A DNA stretch of 64,000 nt from Akkermansia sp. (GCA_045545975.1 JAZQCA010000022.1:571-64570), one strand, 5' to 3'. Shown: positions 49,413-59,747, counted from the first letter of the stretch. Made by a program: numbers and translations. The notes: generated by a model not told the origin, from the sequence alone.

Positions 49413-50057
49413 ATGTTAAATCTGCCGAACTCAATCACACTCGCCCGTATAGCTCTTGTCATCATCTTCGCCATTGCTCTGGCAGCAGATGGAGTGGCGC
49501 CGTTTCCCGGCGGAGTCAGTCCGATGGAGCAAATGAGCGTGACGGGCTGGTTCGTCCCCGTTACGATCGGCAGCTGTATTGCCCTGTGGGCTTTTGTGCT
49601 GGGTGCCATCAGTGATTTTCTGGATGGTTACCTGGCTCGGAAGTACAACCTCGTAACAAACTTCGGCAAACTGATTGATCCACTGGCCGACAAGATCCTC
49701 GTAAGCGCAGCTTTCGTCTACCTTACCTATGTGGGGATGTGCCCGTTCTGGGTAACGATCCTGATCATCTTCCGAGAGTTTCTGGTAACCGGGCTGCGCC
49801 AGCTGGCGGTGGAAAAAGGAGTGGTCATGGCTGCAGACAAGAGCGGCAAGTGGAAGACCGGCATGCAACTGGGTTATTGCATAGCATGTCTCGTTCACAT
49901 TGCCTATGCCGGCAACCTGCCGGAACCCCTGCACAGCCTTTCGGTAGGAATATACGGCGAGTGGCTTCGGGCTATTTTCCTGTGGTCGAGTGTTGTGCTG
50001 ACAGTATGGAGTGGTGTACACTACTGCATTTCGGGGCGCAGTTTCCTTCGTGGCTGA
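49413..50057 (+). CDS. pgsA: CDP-diacylglycerol--glycerol-3-phosphate 3-phosphatidyltransferase
   Basis: NLPNSITLARI, SDFLDGYLARKYNLVTNFGKLIDPLADK, REFLVTGLR, GKWKT. Confidence 0.92.
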   Translation: MLNLPNSITLARIALVIIFAIALAADGVAPFPGGVSPMEQMSVTGWFVPVTIGSCIALWAFVLGAISDFLDGYLARKYNLVTNFGKLIDPLADKILVSAAFVYLTYVGMCPFWVTILIIFREFLVTGLRQLAVEKGVVMAADKSGKWKTGMQLGYCIACLVHIAYAGNLPEPLHSLSVGIYGEWLRAIFLWSSVVLTVWSGVHYCISGRSFLRG

Positions 50058-50121
50058 TTTTTGACTCGCCATGTGGCTGAGAATATGCTAGGATAGCGTG
50101 CGCTATCACAGCCATTCGTGT

Positions 50122-50700
50122 ATGAAAATACTCCAGACCATCACAGCCACACTTGCTTTTGCCGCTGCTCTGAGTTCCTGCCAGTCCCAGAGGGCCTATC
50201 CTGTATTCTTCCTGGTGCAGGATTCCAATACTGTCAGCGATGCTGCAGACAGTACAAGCGCCCGCATGATTGTTAAGTTCAATGGGGTGACGTACACCCG
50301 CATGCCGATCATGTCGCTGGATCACTTCGAGAAGTTCAAGTCGCATCTCAATCCCGATGGCTCCTATGGGGTAACCCTCTTCGCCAAGAAGGAATGGCGC
50401 AACAGGCTTTACTACAACACCGTTGAGAAAAGCGGCATGCTGATGCTGCCTGTTGTGAACGGATTGGCCATGGAACCCATGCGGATAACGCCGGTGAATG
50501 ATGGAGTACTGGTCATCTGGAATGGTCTGAATGGCTATGATCTCAAGATGATTGCCGACACGGTAGATCCCATCAACCCCGAGCTCGAGAAGAAGAGATT
50601 CAAGAAGAAGAACCCCCGCCCCCTGCCCCAGAAACCGCAAAATGCCTCCCCGCAGACACGCGACTTCACCGGACGTACCGTAGGTGAGATCTACCAGTAA
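50122..50700 (+). CDS. Hypothetical lipoprotein (weak SecDF periplasmic head-like resemblance)
   Basis: Lipobox LSSC; DGSYGVTLF..MLPVVNG..ITPVNDGVLVI. Confidence 0.6.
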   Translation: MKILQTITATLAFAAALSSCQSQRAYPVFFLVQDSNTVSDAADSTSARMIVKFNGVTYTRMPIMSLDHFEKFKSHLNPDGSYGVTLFAKKEWRNRLYYNTVEKSGMLMLPVVNGLAMEPMRITPVNDGVLVIWNGLNGYDLKMIADTVDPINPELEKKRFKKKNPRPLPQKPQNASPQTRDFTGRTVGEIYQ

Positions 50701-50705
50701 TAAGC

Positions 50706-51776
50706 ATGAACAGGCACCCCCTCTTTCATCTGCTGCTGAGCATCATTCCGGCTGGTCTGTCACTGGCTGCACAAGACCTTGTGTTCCATTTACCGACAGA
50801 CAATCGGGCTTTATTCGGCAAAGGAGGGGATGCTTACTTCATGTATGTGGATCGCGACTTCGAGGGAGTAAAGAGCACCCCTTGGCAAGGCGGAACCTGG
50901 GGACTCGTCCGCAACCCCTTCCGGGCCGGCAACGGGCAACTCATGTTCAGCCGCATGCACGAAGGGATAGACGTAAAACCGATCCGGCGCAACGCCGGCG
51001 GTGAACCGCTTGATATCGTCAGGCCGGTGGCTCCCGGCATTGTCGCATACGTTTGTGACTCACCGGGGAAAAGTAACTATGGACGATACGTTGTCGTAGC
51101 TCATCACATCACAGAGGGAACGATCTATTCGTTGTATGCCCACCTGGCCTCCGTAAGTTGCAGAGAGGGACAGAAAATCACCCCCCGCGATGGGATAGGA
51201 GTACTGGGTTACAGCGGAGTTGGACTGAACAAGGAGCGTGCGCACTGTCACTTGGAGATCTGCCTGATGATCAATTCCTCGTATGATCTAATCGTCACGC
51301 CGCCAACGAACAAGCATGGTCTTTTCAATGGGCTGAACCTCATCGGTTTCAACCCGGCAGATGTCCTGCTGGCGTGCCGGGACGGAAAGCCCTTTTCGCT
51401 GAGCAACTATTTTTCCACCTTGGAAGAACATTACCGCGTACGTGTACCCAGAGTGGGCACCATGGACCTCCTGAGGCGCTATCCCTTCCTGTACAAAGGC
51501 AATTGGAATTCCCAACCGCCGGCACTGGAAATAGCCTTTACCTGCGAGGGGATCCCGATTGCCGTTTATCCCAGCTCCAAGCCCACCAGCACTCCCACCA
51601 TCGTCAAGTGCCGACCGAAAGCCACACTGCAACAAAACTGCACAGTCAATCGGGTGAAGGGTAGCAGCAAAACGGCCACCCTCACCGCCTCCGGGCTCCG
51701 ATATATAAACTTATTCCTGTGGACGGAAGGTCTCTATCCCCCAGCAGAGCAAACTCCGACATCCACCGCTCCATAA
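50706..51776 (+). CDS. M23 family metallopeptidase, secreted
   Basis: Signal peptide; MHEGIDV (HxxxD), YGRYVVVAH, YSLYAHL, HCHLEI (HxH). Confidence 0.85.
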   Translation: MNRHPLFHLLLSIIPAGLSLAAQDLVFHLPTDNRALFGKGGDAYFMYVDRDFEGVKSTPWQGGTWGLVRNPFRAGNGQLMFSRMHEGIDVKPIRRNAGGEPLDIVRPVAPGIVAYVCDSPGKSNYGRYVVVAHHITEGTIYSLYAHLASVSCREGQKITPRDGIGVLGYSGVGLNKERAHCHLEICLMINSSYDLIVTPPTNKHGLFNGLNLIGFNPADVLLACRDGKPFSLSNYFSTLEEHYRVRVPRVGTMDLLRRYPFLYKGNWNSQPPALEIAFTCEGIPIAVYPSSKPTSTPTIVKCRPKATLQQNCTVNRVKGSSKTATLTASGLRYINLFLWTEGLYPPAEQTPTSTAP

Positions 51777-51784
51777 GCACAGCC

Positions 51785-54217
51785 ATGAACATACTCAGAT
51801 TTCTTCCCGCTCTGTTGTACCTGTGTAGCTCCGGACTGCTCGTAGCAGATCTGGCAACGGCTGAGCGTCTATTGCGCGATGGCAAGGCAGCGGCCGCGTT
51901 GGAGGAATTGCAGCTTATCCCTCATTCGCCGGCAGTTCAATTCTGGAAAGGTAGGGCTCTGGTCGAGCTCAACCGCCTTCATCAGGCGGTCCAGTGCTTC
52001 CGCGAAGTCCCCCCCGATAGCGTTTTTTTTCCGTATGCGGGCAAGGCGCTCATTTACTGCGCCTGGCAAAGTCCGCAGCTTGACTTTGTCGAGTATGTGG
52101 CACCACTGACGGCCAGTACCAATCGAGAACTTGCCACCCTTGCCCAAGCGGCACTCGCTGAGCACCAGCTTAAATATACGACCAGGGGCGATGTCTCGAC
52201 TCTCACACCACTGAGAGAACTGGCAGAGGAAGATCCCTCTCTACAACCCATGGTGACGCTCCTCAACATCGAGGAGATGCGCCGCCAGCACCGATTTGAC
52301 CACGCAATTCAGGCATGTCGTGCTATGGAGGCAGCTGCTGATGTACCTCTGATCACGAAACAGCGCGTACGCCTGACCTTGGCGGAAATTTACTATGACA
52401 AAGCGGCAGCAGAATCGGCTGCCACGCAACCTCAGCAAGCCGATGAGGATCTGGAGGACAATGATGAAGGTAAGGGGGAAGAGACCCTCCTGCACTTTAT
52501 CTCAGCTAACCCGGATTCCCCGCTGCTGGAGGAAGCCTTCCGTCGGCTAGACCACCACAAAGCCTTCGATGAGAGTGAATATGCCCGCCGCAAGCTGATA
52601 GAGTGGAGCCACGAGCTGAGCAAACCCCGCCGGGCAGCCCTCGCTCTGGCTGTCCTGCAAAGCCTTCAGCTCAAAAGGCCGGGCCATGAGAGCGAGGATG
52701 CCACGCTGACTAATACAGCAGCGAACGAACTACCGAATGAACCGGTCTCCCAGCTCATCATCCGGGAACAAATCCGAAGACTCATCCACAAGGGCCGCTT
52801 CGAGCAGGCCTCGCTCTATCTGAATTTATTGAACAGTAGCCCGACTGATCCTCGCTACCTGTTCTATAAAGCTTGTTGTATGCCGCATACTGATCCGGCC
52901 ACAGTGGACATGTTCCTCAAAAGTGCCGAACTGGCTCCCGCGGATCTGCAACCGGTGGCTCTGTGCAATGCCATGTTCTGCGCCGTGAAGAGCGGTAGTC
53001 AGTCCAGCATCGACTATCTTCTCACCAAGGAACTTCCCACGCGAGCAAGGAGAGCTCTTTTACTCACACACGCCGGACTTATCCTGAAAACAAATCCGGC
53101 TCAGGCCAGAGCGGAAATCGAATCTGCCGCCCTGCTCTCGCCCACCGAAGCGGAGAAGATAGAGATTACGCTCCAATTGGCAGAACTGGATATCGAGATC
53201 GCTCCCGCGGTCACACTGGAACGACTTTCAGCCTGCACCCCTGAGGAGCAAGCCCAATGGACCGAAGAGCAGGCTCTCCGCCGTCATTCTCTCATGCTCC
53301 AAGCCGCTGAAAGTTTACGGGAGATGGGAGAAGCAACCATCCAACCAATCGAGCTGCTGGAGCAGGCGGTTGCCACTGCACCCAGCCCGGAAGTAAAGGC
53401 TGTACTAACAATCTATCTGGCTCATCGTCTGTCGGAAGCCCGCCAGCATACACAGGCTATGGAGCTCCTTCTCGCTCTCGCAGAACGGGCTACGGACAAG
53501 AATCTTCGCGCAAGAGCTCAGCTACTGGCTGCACGTCAGGCGGAAAAGCATGATTCACTAGAGCAACTTTCTCGCGCAGCGGAACTTTTTGCGGCGGCTG
53601 CGGAGTTCGATCCCCCTTACCGCAACCGCGCGCTTATGCTCCGAGCTCGCGTTCTTGCTTGGATCAATCGAGGGGAAGAGGCCAGGCAGATTCTCACCCC
53701 CTTGCTGAAATCGCCTGATCTCCCACCCACGGAACTGGCACTGGCTCTGAGCATAGAGGCGCATTGCCTGAACCTAGAAGGCACTCCGGAAGGCTTACAA
53801 AGCGCCATCGAGAGCAACCAGAAAATTTTTGATATAAAAGAACTTCCAAATGCTTGGCTCACGAGAGCACGTATTCAGAAGGCAACCCTTCTGGCGCGTA
53901 GTGGGCAACGAGAGAATGCGCTCGCGGAGTACTATACTCTTCTGGATGAGGTCGTACCGCCTCAGAATGCGCTCCCCTCGGAGTCTCAGTGGTTCATTCT
54001 CTACTTCTCTGCTGCCGGCGCTATTGCTCAGCACTTGGAACTGGGGCAGCACCGCGAGGCTGCCGACTTGGCAGATCGGGTAGCGGCCTGGCCGAAGCTC
54101 ATCAAACCGGGCGAGAAACACATTGGGATCGGCGCAAGGGCTCAGCAATTCGCAAACTGGGCAGAAAATATCCGCAAGTTCAATTTCGTGCCATCAGGCG
54201 CAACATCTTCAGACTGA
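51785..54217 (+). CDS. Large secreted TPR/alpha-solenoid protein
   Basis: Signal peptide; recurrent TPR-like helices across about 810 aa. Confidence 0.7.
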   Translation: MNILRFLPALLYLCSSGLLVADLATAERLLRDGKAAAALEELQLIPHSPAVQFWKGRALVELNRLHQAVQCFREVPPDSVFFPYAGKALIYCAWQSPQLDFVEYVAPLTASTNRELATLAQAALAEHQLKYTTRGDVSTLTPLRELAEEDPSLQPMVTLLNIEEMRRQHRFDHAIQACRAMEAAADVPLITKQRVRLTLAEIYYDKAAAESAATQPQQADEDLEDNDEGKGEETLLHFISANPDSPLLEEAFRRLDHHKAFDESEYARRKLIEWSHELSKPRRAALALAVLQSLQLKRPGHESEDATLTNTAANELPNEPVSQLIIREQIRRLIHKGRFEQASLYLNLLNSSPTDPRYLFYKACCMPHTDPATVDMFLKSAELAPADLQPVALCNAMFCAVKSGSQSSIDYLLTKELPTRARRALLLTHAGLILKTNPAQARAEIESAALLSPTEAEKIEITLQLAELDIEIAPAVTLERLSACTPEEQAQWTEEQALRRHSLMLQAAESLREMGEATIQPIELLEQAVATAPSPEVKAVLTIYLAHRLSEARQHTQAMELLLALAERATDKNLRARAQLLAARQAEKHDSLEQLSRAAELFAAAAEFDPPYRNRALMLRARVLAWINRGEEARQILTPLLKSPDLPPTELALALSIEAHCLNLEGTPEGLQSAIESNQKIFDIKELPNAWLTRARIQKATLLARSGQRENALAEYYTLLDEVVPPQNALPSESQWFILYFSAAGAIAQHLELGQHREAADLADRVAAWPKLIKPGEKHIGIGARAQQFANWAENIRKFNFVPSGATSSD

Positions 54218-54225
54218 CAACGGGC

Positions 54226-55272
54226 TCAGCGCAGCTCACACCATACAGCGCGGTGATCGCTGGCCTTCTGAGCAGCCGGAGTATCGACGATTCCGCATTT
54301 GATTTTCCTGCCACAGCGCTTGTGAAGAGCGCGATTGAGGAAAATCTGGTCGAAAACAGAGTACTCCTGCTCGTCCTCGTAATAAATTGTCCAGCCATGA
54401 CCGCGGGAATCAAGAGCGGGTACTCTGTAAAGATTCGAGCCCTTTCCCACCCCTCGCACGAGCACGCCCAGAGAGTCATCCCCGGGACCATCGTTCCAAT
54501 CTCCGTACACGAGCACGGGAAGCTCCGGGAAACGTGAGATCAGTTCGTAGAGATGGAAAGCCAAGGTACGAGCCTCTTGTGAGCGTAAATGCCGCGCAGC
54601 CGCGGCATCATTCCCCATGCGGGATTTCAGGTGAGCTCCCACTATCCTGAAGCAGCGACCATCCTCCAGCCCGATGGTGATATCCAGTATTCCTCGTAAC
54701 ATCTTGCGGCGCTTCTGACCGTACAAATTCTGATTGGGTACAGAATCATTACTCACAAAGGCGAACTTAGACAGCAGAGCCAGAGCCCGATCCTCCCCCT
54801 GCCGTTCCAGAACATAAGCATGCGGATAATCCAACCCTCGTTCCGACAACCGCTTGCGAAGATCCTCCAGTGCGCGTTTGCCTCCGATCTCAATCAGGCC
54901 AATTATATCCGGAGCAACCGCAGCAATAACTTCCGCCACAGCTTCCCGCGACTTTACCGGTTTGGCTCGACAGACAAAACGGGAGCGGCTCACTTCGCCG
55001 GGGACAAAATAGTTCTGCACATTGAGCATGAGAAAACGCAGCGGCTCCCCATCAGACGGCATATCCGATAGCCCGTCATCAGGGCTATCCGGGAAATCCG
55101 CAATGATTTCCGGAGCCGGAGCCCCCTTCTCTACCATCACCATGGGAGCACAATCTCCATAGCGCCACATCAACACGACACCCAGCACTACCACCAGCAG
55201 GAAGAGCAGCATGTCAGCCCTTCCCCATACGGATGACCAACCGGATTTCTGCTGGGATGGCTTTCTACTCAT
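54226..55272 (-). CDS. Endonuclease/exonuclease/phosphatase family protein, membrane-anchored
   Basis: TM anchor; LMLNVQNY, GLIEI, GAHLKS, GDWND, FDQIF, SDHRAV. Confidence 0.85.
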   Translation of the reverse strand: MSRKPSQQKSGWSSVWGRADMLLFLLVVVLGVVLMWRYGDCAPMVMVEKGAPAPEIIADFPDSPDDGLSDMPSDGEPLRFLMLNVQNYFVPGEVSRSRFVCRAKPVKSREAVAEVIAAVAPDIIGLIEIGGKRALEDLRKRLSERGLDYPHAYVLERQGEDRALALLSKFAFVSNDSVPNQNLYGQKRRKMLRGILDITIGLEDGRCFRIVGAHLKSRMGNDAAAARHLRSQEARTLAFHLYELISRFPELPVLVYGDWNDGPGDDSLGVLVRGVGKGSNLYRVPALDSRGHGWTIYYEDEQEYSVFDQIFLNRALHKRCGRKIKCGIVDTPAAQKASDHRAVWCELR

Positions 55273-55307
55273 GGATAGTCACATCAGAGACGGCTCGGGC
55301 CGCAGGT

Positions 55308-56303
55308 TCATTCTTCACTCAGCCAAGCGGCCACCTGCGGAGCTGCGTAGGTGAGAATCATATCCGCACCGGCGCGACGAATGGACATCAGAGCCTCCAG
55401 CATACACTGGCGCTCATCGAGCCAACCGGAGGCAGCGGCAGCCTTCACCATCAGATATTCTCCACTTACATGATAGGCCGCTATGGGAAGATTGGTATGG
55501 CGCCGCATCTCGCGGATGACGTCCAGATATAGCGTGGCAGGCTTCACCATGAGCATGTCAGCCCCCTCTGCGACATCGAGCTGAGCCTCGCGCATGGCTT
55601 CTCGCACATTGGCAGGATCCATCTGGTAGGTTTTCTTATCACCGAACTTGGGAGCACTACCGAGCGCACCACGGAAGGGACCATAGTACGCCGAGGCATA
55701 CTTTGCCGTGTAACTGAGCAGAGATACACCGGTGAAGCCCTCGGCATCGAGCGCGGCACGCAGAGCTCCTATACGACCATCCATCATGTCACTCGGAGAA
55801 ATGATATCCGCGCCGGCCCGAGCATGACACAAAGCCTGGCGGCACAACGCCTCAACAGTCTCGTCATTGAGGATTTCGTATGCACCATTGTCATATTCGC
55901 GCACCAATCCATCCTGTCCATAGGTATTGAACGGATCGAGAGCTACGTCAGTCATCACAAGCATATCAGGTACTTCTGCTTTGATCGCTGCAATCGCGCG
56001 GGGAACAACCCCCTGTGGGTTCCAAGCCTCGGTCCCCGCGGCATCTTTCTTCTCCTCGGGTACCACTGCGAACAGATCCACACATGGAATCCCCATGCCA
56101 TACAGACGTCGACACTCGACCGCAATATCGCCAACGCACCAACGCGTACACCCCGGCAGAGACTCGATGGGTGTGTTCTCCTCACCCTCCTGCACAAACA
56201 TGGGATAGATGAGATTGGCGGCACTGAGAGAAGTCTCGCGCATGAGACCCCGCATGGCAGCACTCTTGCGGTTCCGGCGTGGGCGTACGGCTATATCCAA
56301 CAT
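55308..56303 (-). CDS. hemB: Porphobilinogen synthase (non-zinc type)
   Basis: RPRRNR, SPSDMMDGRI, KYASAYYGPFR, YQMD, MVKPA, AYHVSGEY; metal site DVALDPFNTYGQDG has Asp instead of Cys. Confidence 0.96.
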   Translation of the reverse strand: MLDIAVRPRRNRKSAAMRGLMRETSLSAANLIYPMFVQEGEENTPIESLPGCTRWCVGDIAVECRRLYGMGIPCVDLFAVVPEEKKDAAGTEAWNPQGVVPRAIAAIKAEVPDMLVMTDVALDPFNTYGQDGLVREYDNGAYEILNDETVEALCRQALCHARAGADIISPSDMMDGRIGALRAALDAEGFTGVSLLSYTAKYASAYYGPFRGALGSAPKFGDKKTYQMDPANVREAMREAQLDVAEGADMLMVKPATLYLDVIREMRRHTNLPIAAYHVSGEYLMVKAAAASGWLDERQCMLEALMSIRRAGADMILTYAAPQVAAWLSEE

Positions 56304-56403
56304 GACGGGTGAGAGCATACCACCTTTCGCCTGTTTTGTAAAGCGGCATTTTAAGCGAATAATCGCTTGCTTTTCAGCAAAAGGCAAGCTACAATACCCC
56401 GCC

Positions 56404-57747
56404 ATGAATGCCACTCAAATCCATCAGGTGCTCAGTAACTTCAATGTCTCACCCTCCAAATCACTCGGTCAGAATTTTCTGACGGATGAGAATATAGCCC
56501 GCTGGATCGTTGCTCAACTGGACATTCAGCCGGAAGACTGTGTGGTGGAAGTAGGCCCCGGTACGGGTGCTCTCACCGAACATATTGCCCCTCTGTGCCG
56601 CAAACTCATCCTCGTGGAGTTCGACTCGCGACTTGCAGAGTACCAGAAAAATCGATGGGCAGATGATGACCATGTGGAAGTACACCATGCTGATGGAGCC
56701 TCTTGGGATCCCCGGCGCCTCTTTGCGGAGCAACCCGTGAAGTTCATGGGGAACCTCCCGTACTCAGCAGGCGGCGCCATCCTGGCCAATTTTCTGACGT
56801 CCCCCTGTGCCTGTAGTCGAGCCGTTGTCATGCTGCAAAAAGAGTTTATAGACCGCATATTAGCCAAGCCCGGGGATGAGGCATACGGTCTGCTCTCTCT
56901 GCGCATTCAGATGGACTGGGTACCTCGTGCGCTCAAAACAGTTCCGCCGGAGGCCTTCTCACCCCGTCCCAAAATCGATTCCACGGTCATGCTGCTCACA
57001 CCGCGCCCGGAAAGAGAGCTACCGCCCTACGATCACCGCCTGATGGATGAACTCATGCGCCGCTGTTTCGCCCAACGCCGTAAACAGATGCACAAACAAC
57101 TCCCCTCCACCCCGCCTTGGGCTCTGGTAGCAAAACAGGTAGGAATTTCTCCCACTGCCCGCCCCGAAGAACTCGGGCTTGAACAATGGGTCAATCTCAC
57201 CAATGCATACGATCAACACCCTCTGGCTGCCATCGCTCAGAATGATGATGAACTTTTCGATGTAGTCGATGCCCGGGACTGTGTGATCGGGCAGGCCACT
57301 CGTAAAGAAGTACACGACAGAGAGCTCATACACCGAGCCGTTCACATTCTGGTGTTCAACAAAAATCACGATTGCCTGTTGCAGAAGCGCTCACACCTCA
57401 AAGATCGTCACCCCGGGGTATGGGACTCCTCCGCAGCCGGACATCTCGATGCCGGGGAAGATTACGAAAGCGCAGCCAGGCGTGAATTACAGGAAGAGCT
57501 GGGAATAACCAATACGCCTCTTATCCGCGTGGGATCCCTTCTGCCCTCGCCCGAGACCGGCTTCGAGCATGTCGCTATCTTTGCTGCTGTGCAGGATGGC
57601 AAAGTCTCCTTCCCTTCAGCAGAAATAGAAGGAGTGCTCCCCTTCCCACCTGCACTCATTGACTTCTGGCTCTCTCGTCGACCTCAGGACTTCGCCTCCT
57701 CTTTTGCCCTTTGTTGGAATGCCGTCCGCAGCCTGATTCCGGAGTAG
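56404..57747 (+). CDS. rsmA: 16S rRNA m6,2A dimethyltransferase RsmA fused to a C-terminal NUDIX (Idi/YfcD-like) domain
   Basis: KSLGQNFL, VEVGPGTGALT, GNLPY, FSPRPKIDS; then HRAVHILVFN..LQKRS..GHLDAGEDYESAARRELQEELG. Confidence 0.93.
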   Translation: MNATQIHQVLSNFNVSPSKSLGQNFLTDENIARWIVAQLDIQPEDCVVEVGPGTGALTEHIAPLCRKLILVEFDSRLAEYQKNRWADDDHVEVHHADGASWDPRRLFAEQPVKFMGNLPYSAGGAILANFLTSPCACSRAVVMLQKEFIDRILAKPGDEAYGLLSLRIQMDWVPRALKTVPPEAFSPRPKIDSTVMLLTPRPERELPPYDHRLMDELMRRCFAQRRKQMHKQLPSTPPWALVAKQVGISPTARPEELGLEQWVNLTNAYDQHPLAAIAQNDDELFDVVDARDCVIGQATRKEVHDRELIHRAVHILVFNKNHDCLLQKRSHLKDRHPGVWDSSAAGHLDAGEDYESAARRELQEELGITNTPLIRVGSLLPSPETGFEHVAIFAAVQDGKVSFPSAEIEGVLPFPPALIDFWLSRRPQDFASSFALCWNAVRSLIPE

Positions 57748-57777
57748 TATTTTTTGTTATTTTTTACAAAATTTGAC

Positions 57778-57806
57778 TTGCAACAATGTAAAATTCTTGT
57801 TATAAT
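57778..57806 (+). promoter_or_regulatory. Strong sigma70-type promoter of the AP2-like gene
   Basis: TTGCAA (57778-83), 17 nt, TATAAT (57801-06) with an upstream TG. Confidence 0.7.
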
Positions 57807-57836
57807 CGTGCGAGAGCAAGTTTCCATTGAGTCATC

Positions 57837-58091
57837 ATGAGAGCGAAAAACATCTCACGCTACACGTACAAGAAGACGGCATTTCAAGGGTGGCGTCTGG
57901 CGTTGAGGCGACAAGGCGTTCAATTTGTGAAATATTTTGCGGATCGTCAGTACGAGAACAGTACGGCCGCATTCAAGGCAGCAGTAGAGTTGCGAAACGC
58001 AATCCTGAAAGAACTCAAGAAAAAGGGGGCAGATCCCAAGCTGGTTTTTGAATCTGCCCAAGAGTTATTTCAGTGCAAGTCGGCCGAGTAA
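57837..58091 (+). CDS. Stand-alone AP2-like DNA-binding domain protein, putative
   Basis: GWRLALRRQGVQFVKYFADRQY..AAFKAAVELRN fits the three-strand-plus-helix AP2-like pattern. Confidence 0.6.
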   Translation: MRAKNISRYTYKKTAFQGWRLALRRQGVQFVKYFADRQYENSTAAFKAAVELRNAILKELKKKGADPKLVFESAQELFQCKSAE

Positions 58092-58110
58092 GAAGAAAAA
58101 GCAGGCTCTT

Positions 58111-59640
58111 TCATTTTTTCGCAGGAGCGGGCTTTCCCTGAGTCGAAGAGGGCGGATTGGTCGGTTTTGGCTTGATGGCGTCAGCGGCCTTCCGAATGGC
58201 GGGAAGGTATGGAGAGTTGGCGTAATCCCGAAGTAAACCGGCAAACAACGCCTCTGCTGCATTGAGATTACCGGTAGCAGCAGCCGTGGCAGCCTGCATG
58301 ATCCCGGTTCTCGCCTTGTCCCGAGCAGAATAATAGCGACCGAAGGCAAGCTCAAAGTAAGCAGACGCCTGCGCGTACATCTTCTTTTCGGTACACAGCC
58401 AGGCGAACATCTCAGCAAAGAGTCCGGCATTGGGAGAGGTCATCTTCTGCTCAATGGTCAGCTGCATGCGATTGGGGAGACCTCCCCCCGTCTTGCAGAG
58501 ATTGCGCCAGATGACAAAGGGATTCTGAGCGTTGGGACGAGCCTTCTGAGGAAAGGGGCGGTACAAGGGATCGCCCAGGATAATCCCCTGCCAGCTGACA
58601 GTCGGAGTAGCCCGAAGAGCCGCTACACCCACCTGAGAACCATTGAGAAGATTCTCGTAGAAAATGCCATAATCAAGGCAGGCTCCAAGGTATGGTTCAG
58701 CGACATTGCCGGCCGTCACACAGGCCCCACGCTTGAGCAAAGCAGAAACCCAGGTCTTGCCATCGTAGAGATTCGTTGCATTGAAAGAATGAAGGTGGCA
58801 GGCAATAGCCCCACGAGCAAAACGGAAATCGGGTGGAGCAGTACTGCTGAATGGCCCATTTGCAGAACGAGTGTACCAGCCGAAATAAGCCACTACCTGC
58901 TGCATGAGAGGGAATGAATCTGCCAAAGTGGCACGAGATGTCTCATAAAAAAGAGGTTGGCATTGTTCACGCGCAAGTTCAGCCACACGAGTAAATAACT
59001 TATCACCTTCCGCAAATGGTCCACCCTGATCAACGACAACCCAGCCCCAGAGCCCGTTTTTCTCCACCTCAATCGGTTCATTGATCATGCGATATATACA
59101 CTCTTCATTCGGACCATCTATTCGAGTCACGATGAGAACCTTCTGCTCTTTCGGCGCTGTCGGAAGGTCTTTACCGAAGTGAGGGTTACGCCCCATCCCC
59201 ATCAGGGGATATCGGGCGCCAAGCAGCATGAGCTCCGAGTCAACGGAAGCCTCCGTCCGCTTCTGCCCCTGATGTGCCGGTTTGCCGTCTACCATCTCTT
59301 CCCGGATAAGCAGAGGCAGCTCGGGCATAAGCACCATGGCCCGTATGAATTGACTACCACGGCGGGGACCGCTCGGCCACATCAATCCTCGCTGATGACC
59401 CTGTGAGAGCAAAGAACTGAGAATCGATCCATCAAAATCCTCGCGATTGATATTGCCACGCTTCACACCGAAAAGCGGCAGCATGTGCGTGTGAGGTATG
59501 CCGCGACATTCGCAGTAGCGCTGTGCCACCGACTTGCTGAAAGAGGACTCCGCATTGTACACCACCACCACCTCTGTCGGTTTAATATCCAGAGCCAGAA
59601 TCGTCAGACTGAGAAAAAGGAAGGCCAGAATGTATTTCAT
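58111..59640 (-). CDS. TIGR03790-like exported protein
   Basis: Signal peptide; VVVVYN..SVAQRYCECRGIP, ASVDSEL, TRIDGP, YFGWY, HLHSF, TAGNVAEPYL, GDPLYRPF. Confidence 0.75.
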   Translation of the reverse strand: MKYILAFLFLSLTILALDIKPTEVVVVYNAESSFSKSVAQRYCECRGIPHTHMLPLFGVKRGNINREDFDGSILSSLLSQGHQRGLMWPSGPRRGSQFIRAMVLMPELPLLIREEMVDGKPAHQGQKRTEASVDSELMLLGARYPLMGMGRNPHFGKDLPTAPKEQKVLIVTRIDGPNEECIYRMINEPIEVEKNGLWGWVVVDQGGPFAEGDKLFTRVAELAREQCQPLFYETSRATLADSFPLMQQVVAYFGWYTRSANGPFSSTAPPDFRFARGAIACHLHSFNATNLYDGKTWVSALLKRGACVTAGNVAEPYLGACLDYGIFYENLLNGSQVGVAALRATPTVSWQGIILGDPLYRPFPQKARPNAQNPFVIWRNLCKTGGGLPNRMQLTIEQKMTSPNAGLFAEMFAWLCTEKKMYAQASAYFELAFGRYYSARDKARTGIMQAATAAATGNLNAAEALFAGLLRDYANSPYLPAIRKAADAIKPKPTNPPSSTQGKPAPAKK

Positions 59641-59747
59641 GCCGCGGTTATACTATTTCAATGAGCCTACTGTAGCACATTCTGCAGCCTCTCACAAGTG
59701 GAAATCAAGTCTCCATACAACAACTCGGTCCATCCGAGAATAAAGCA

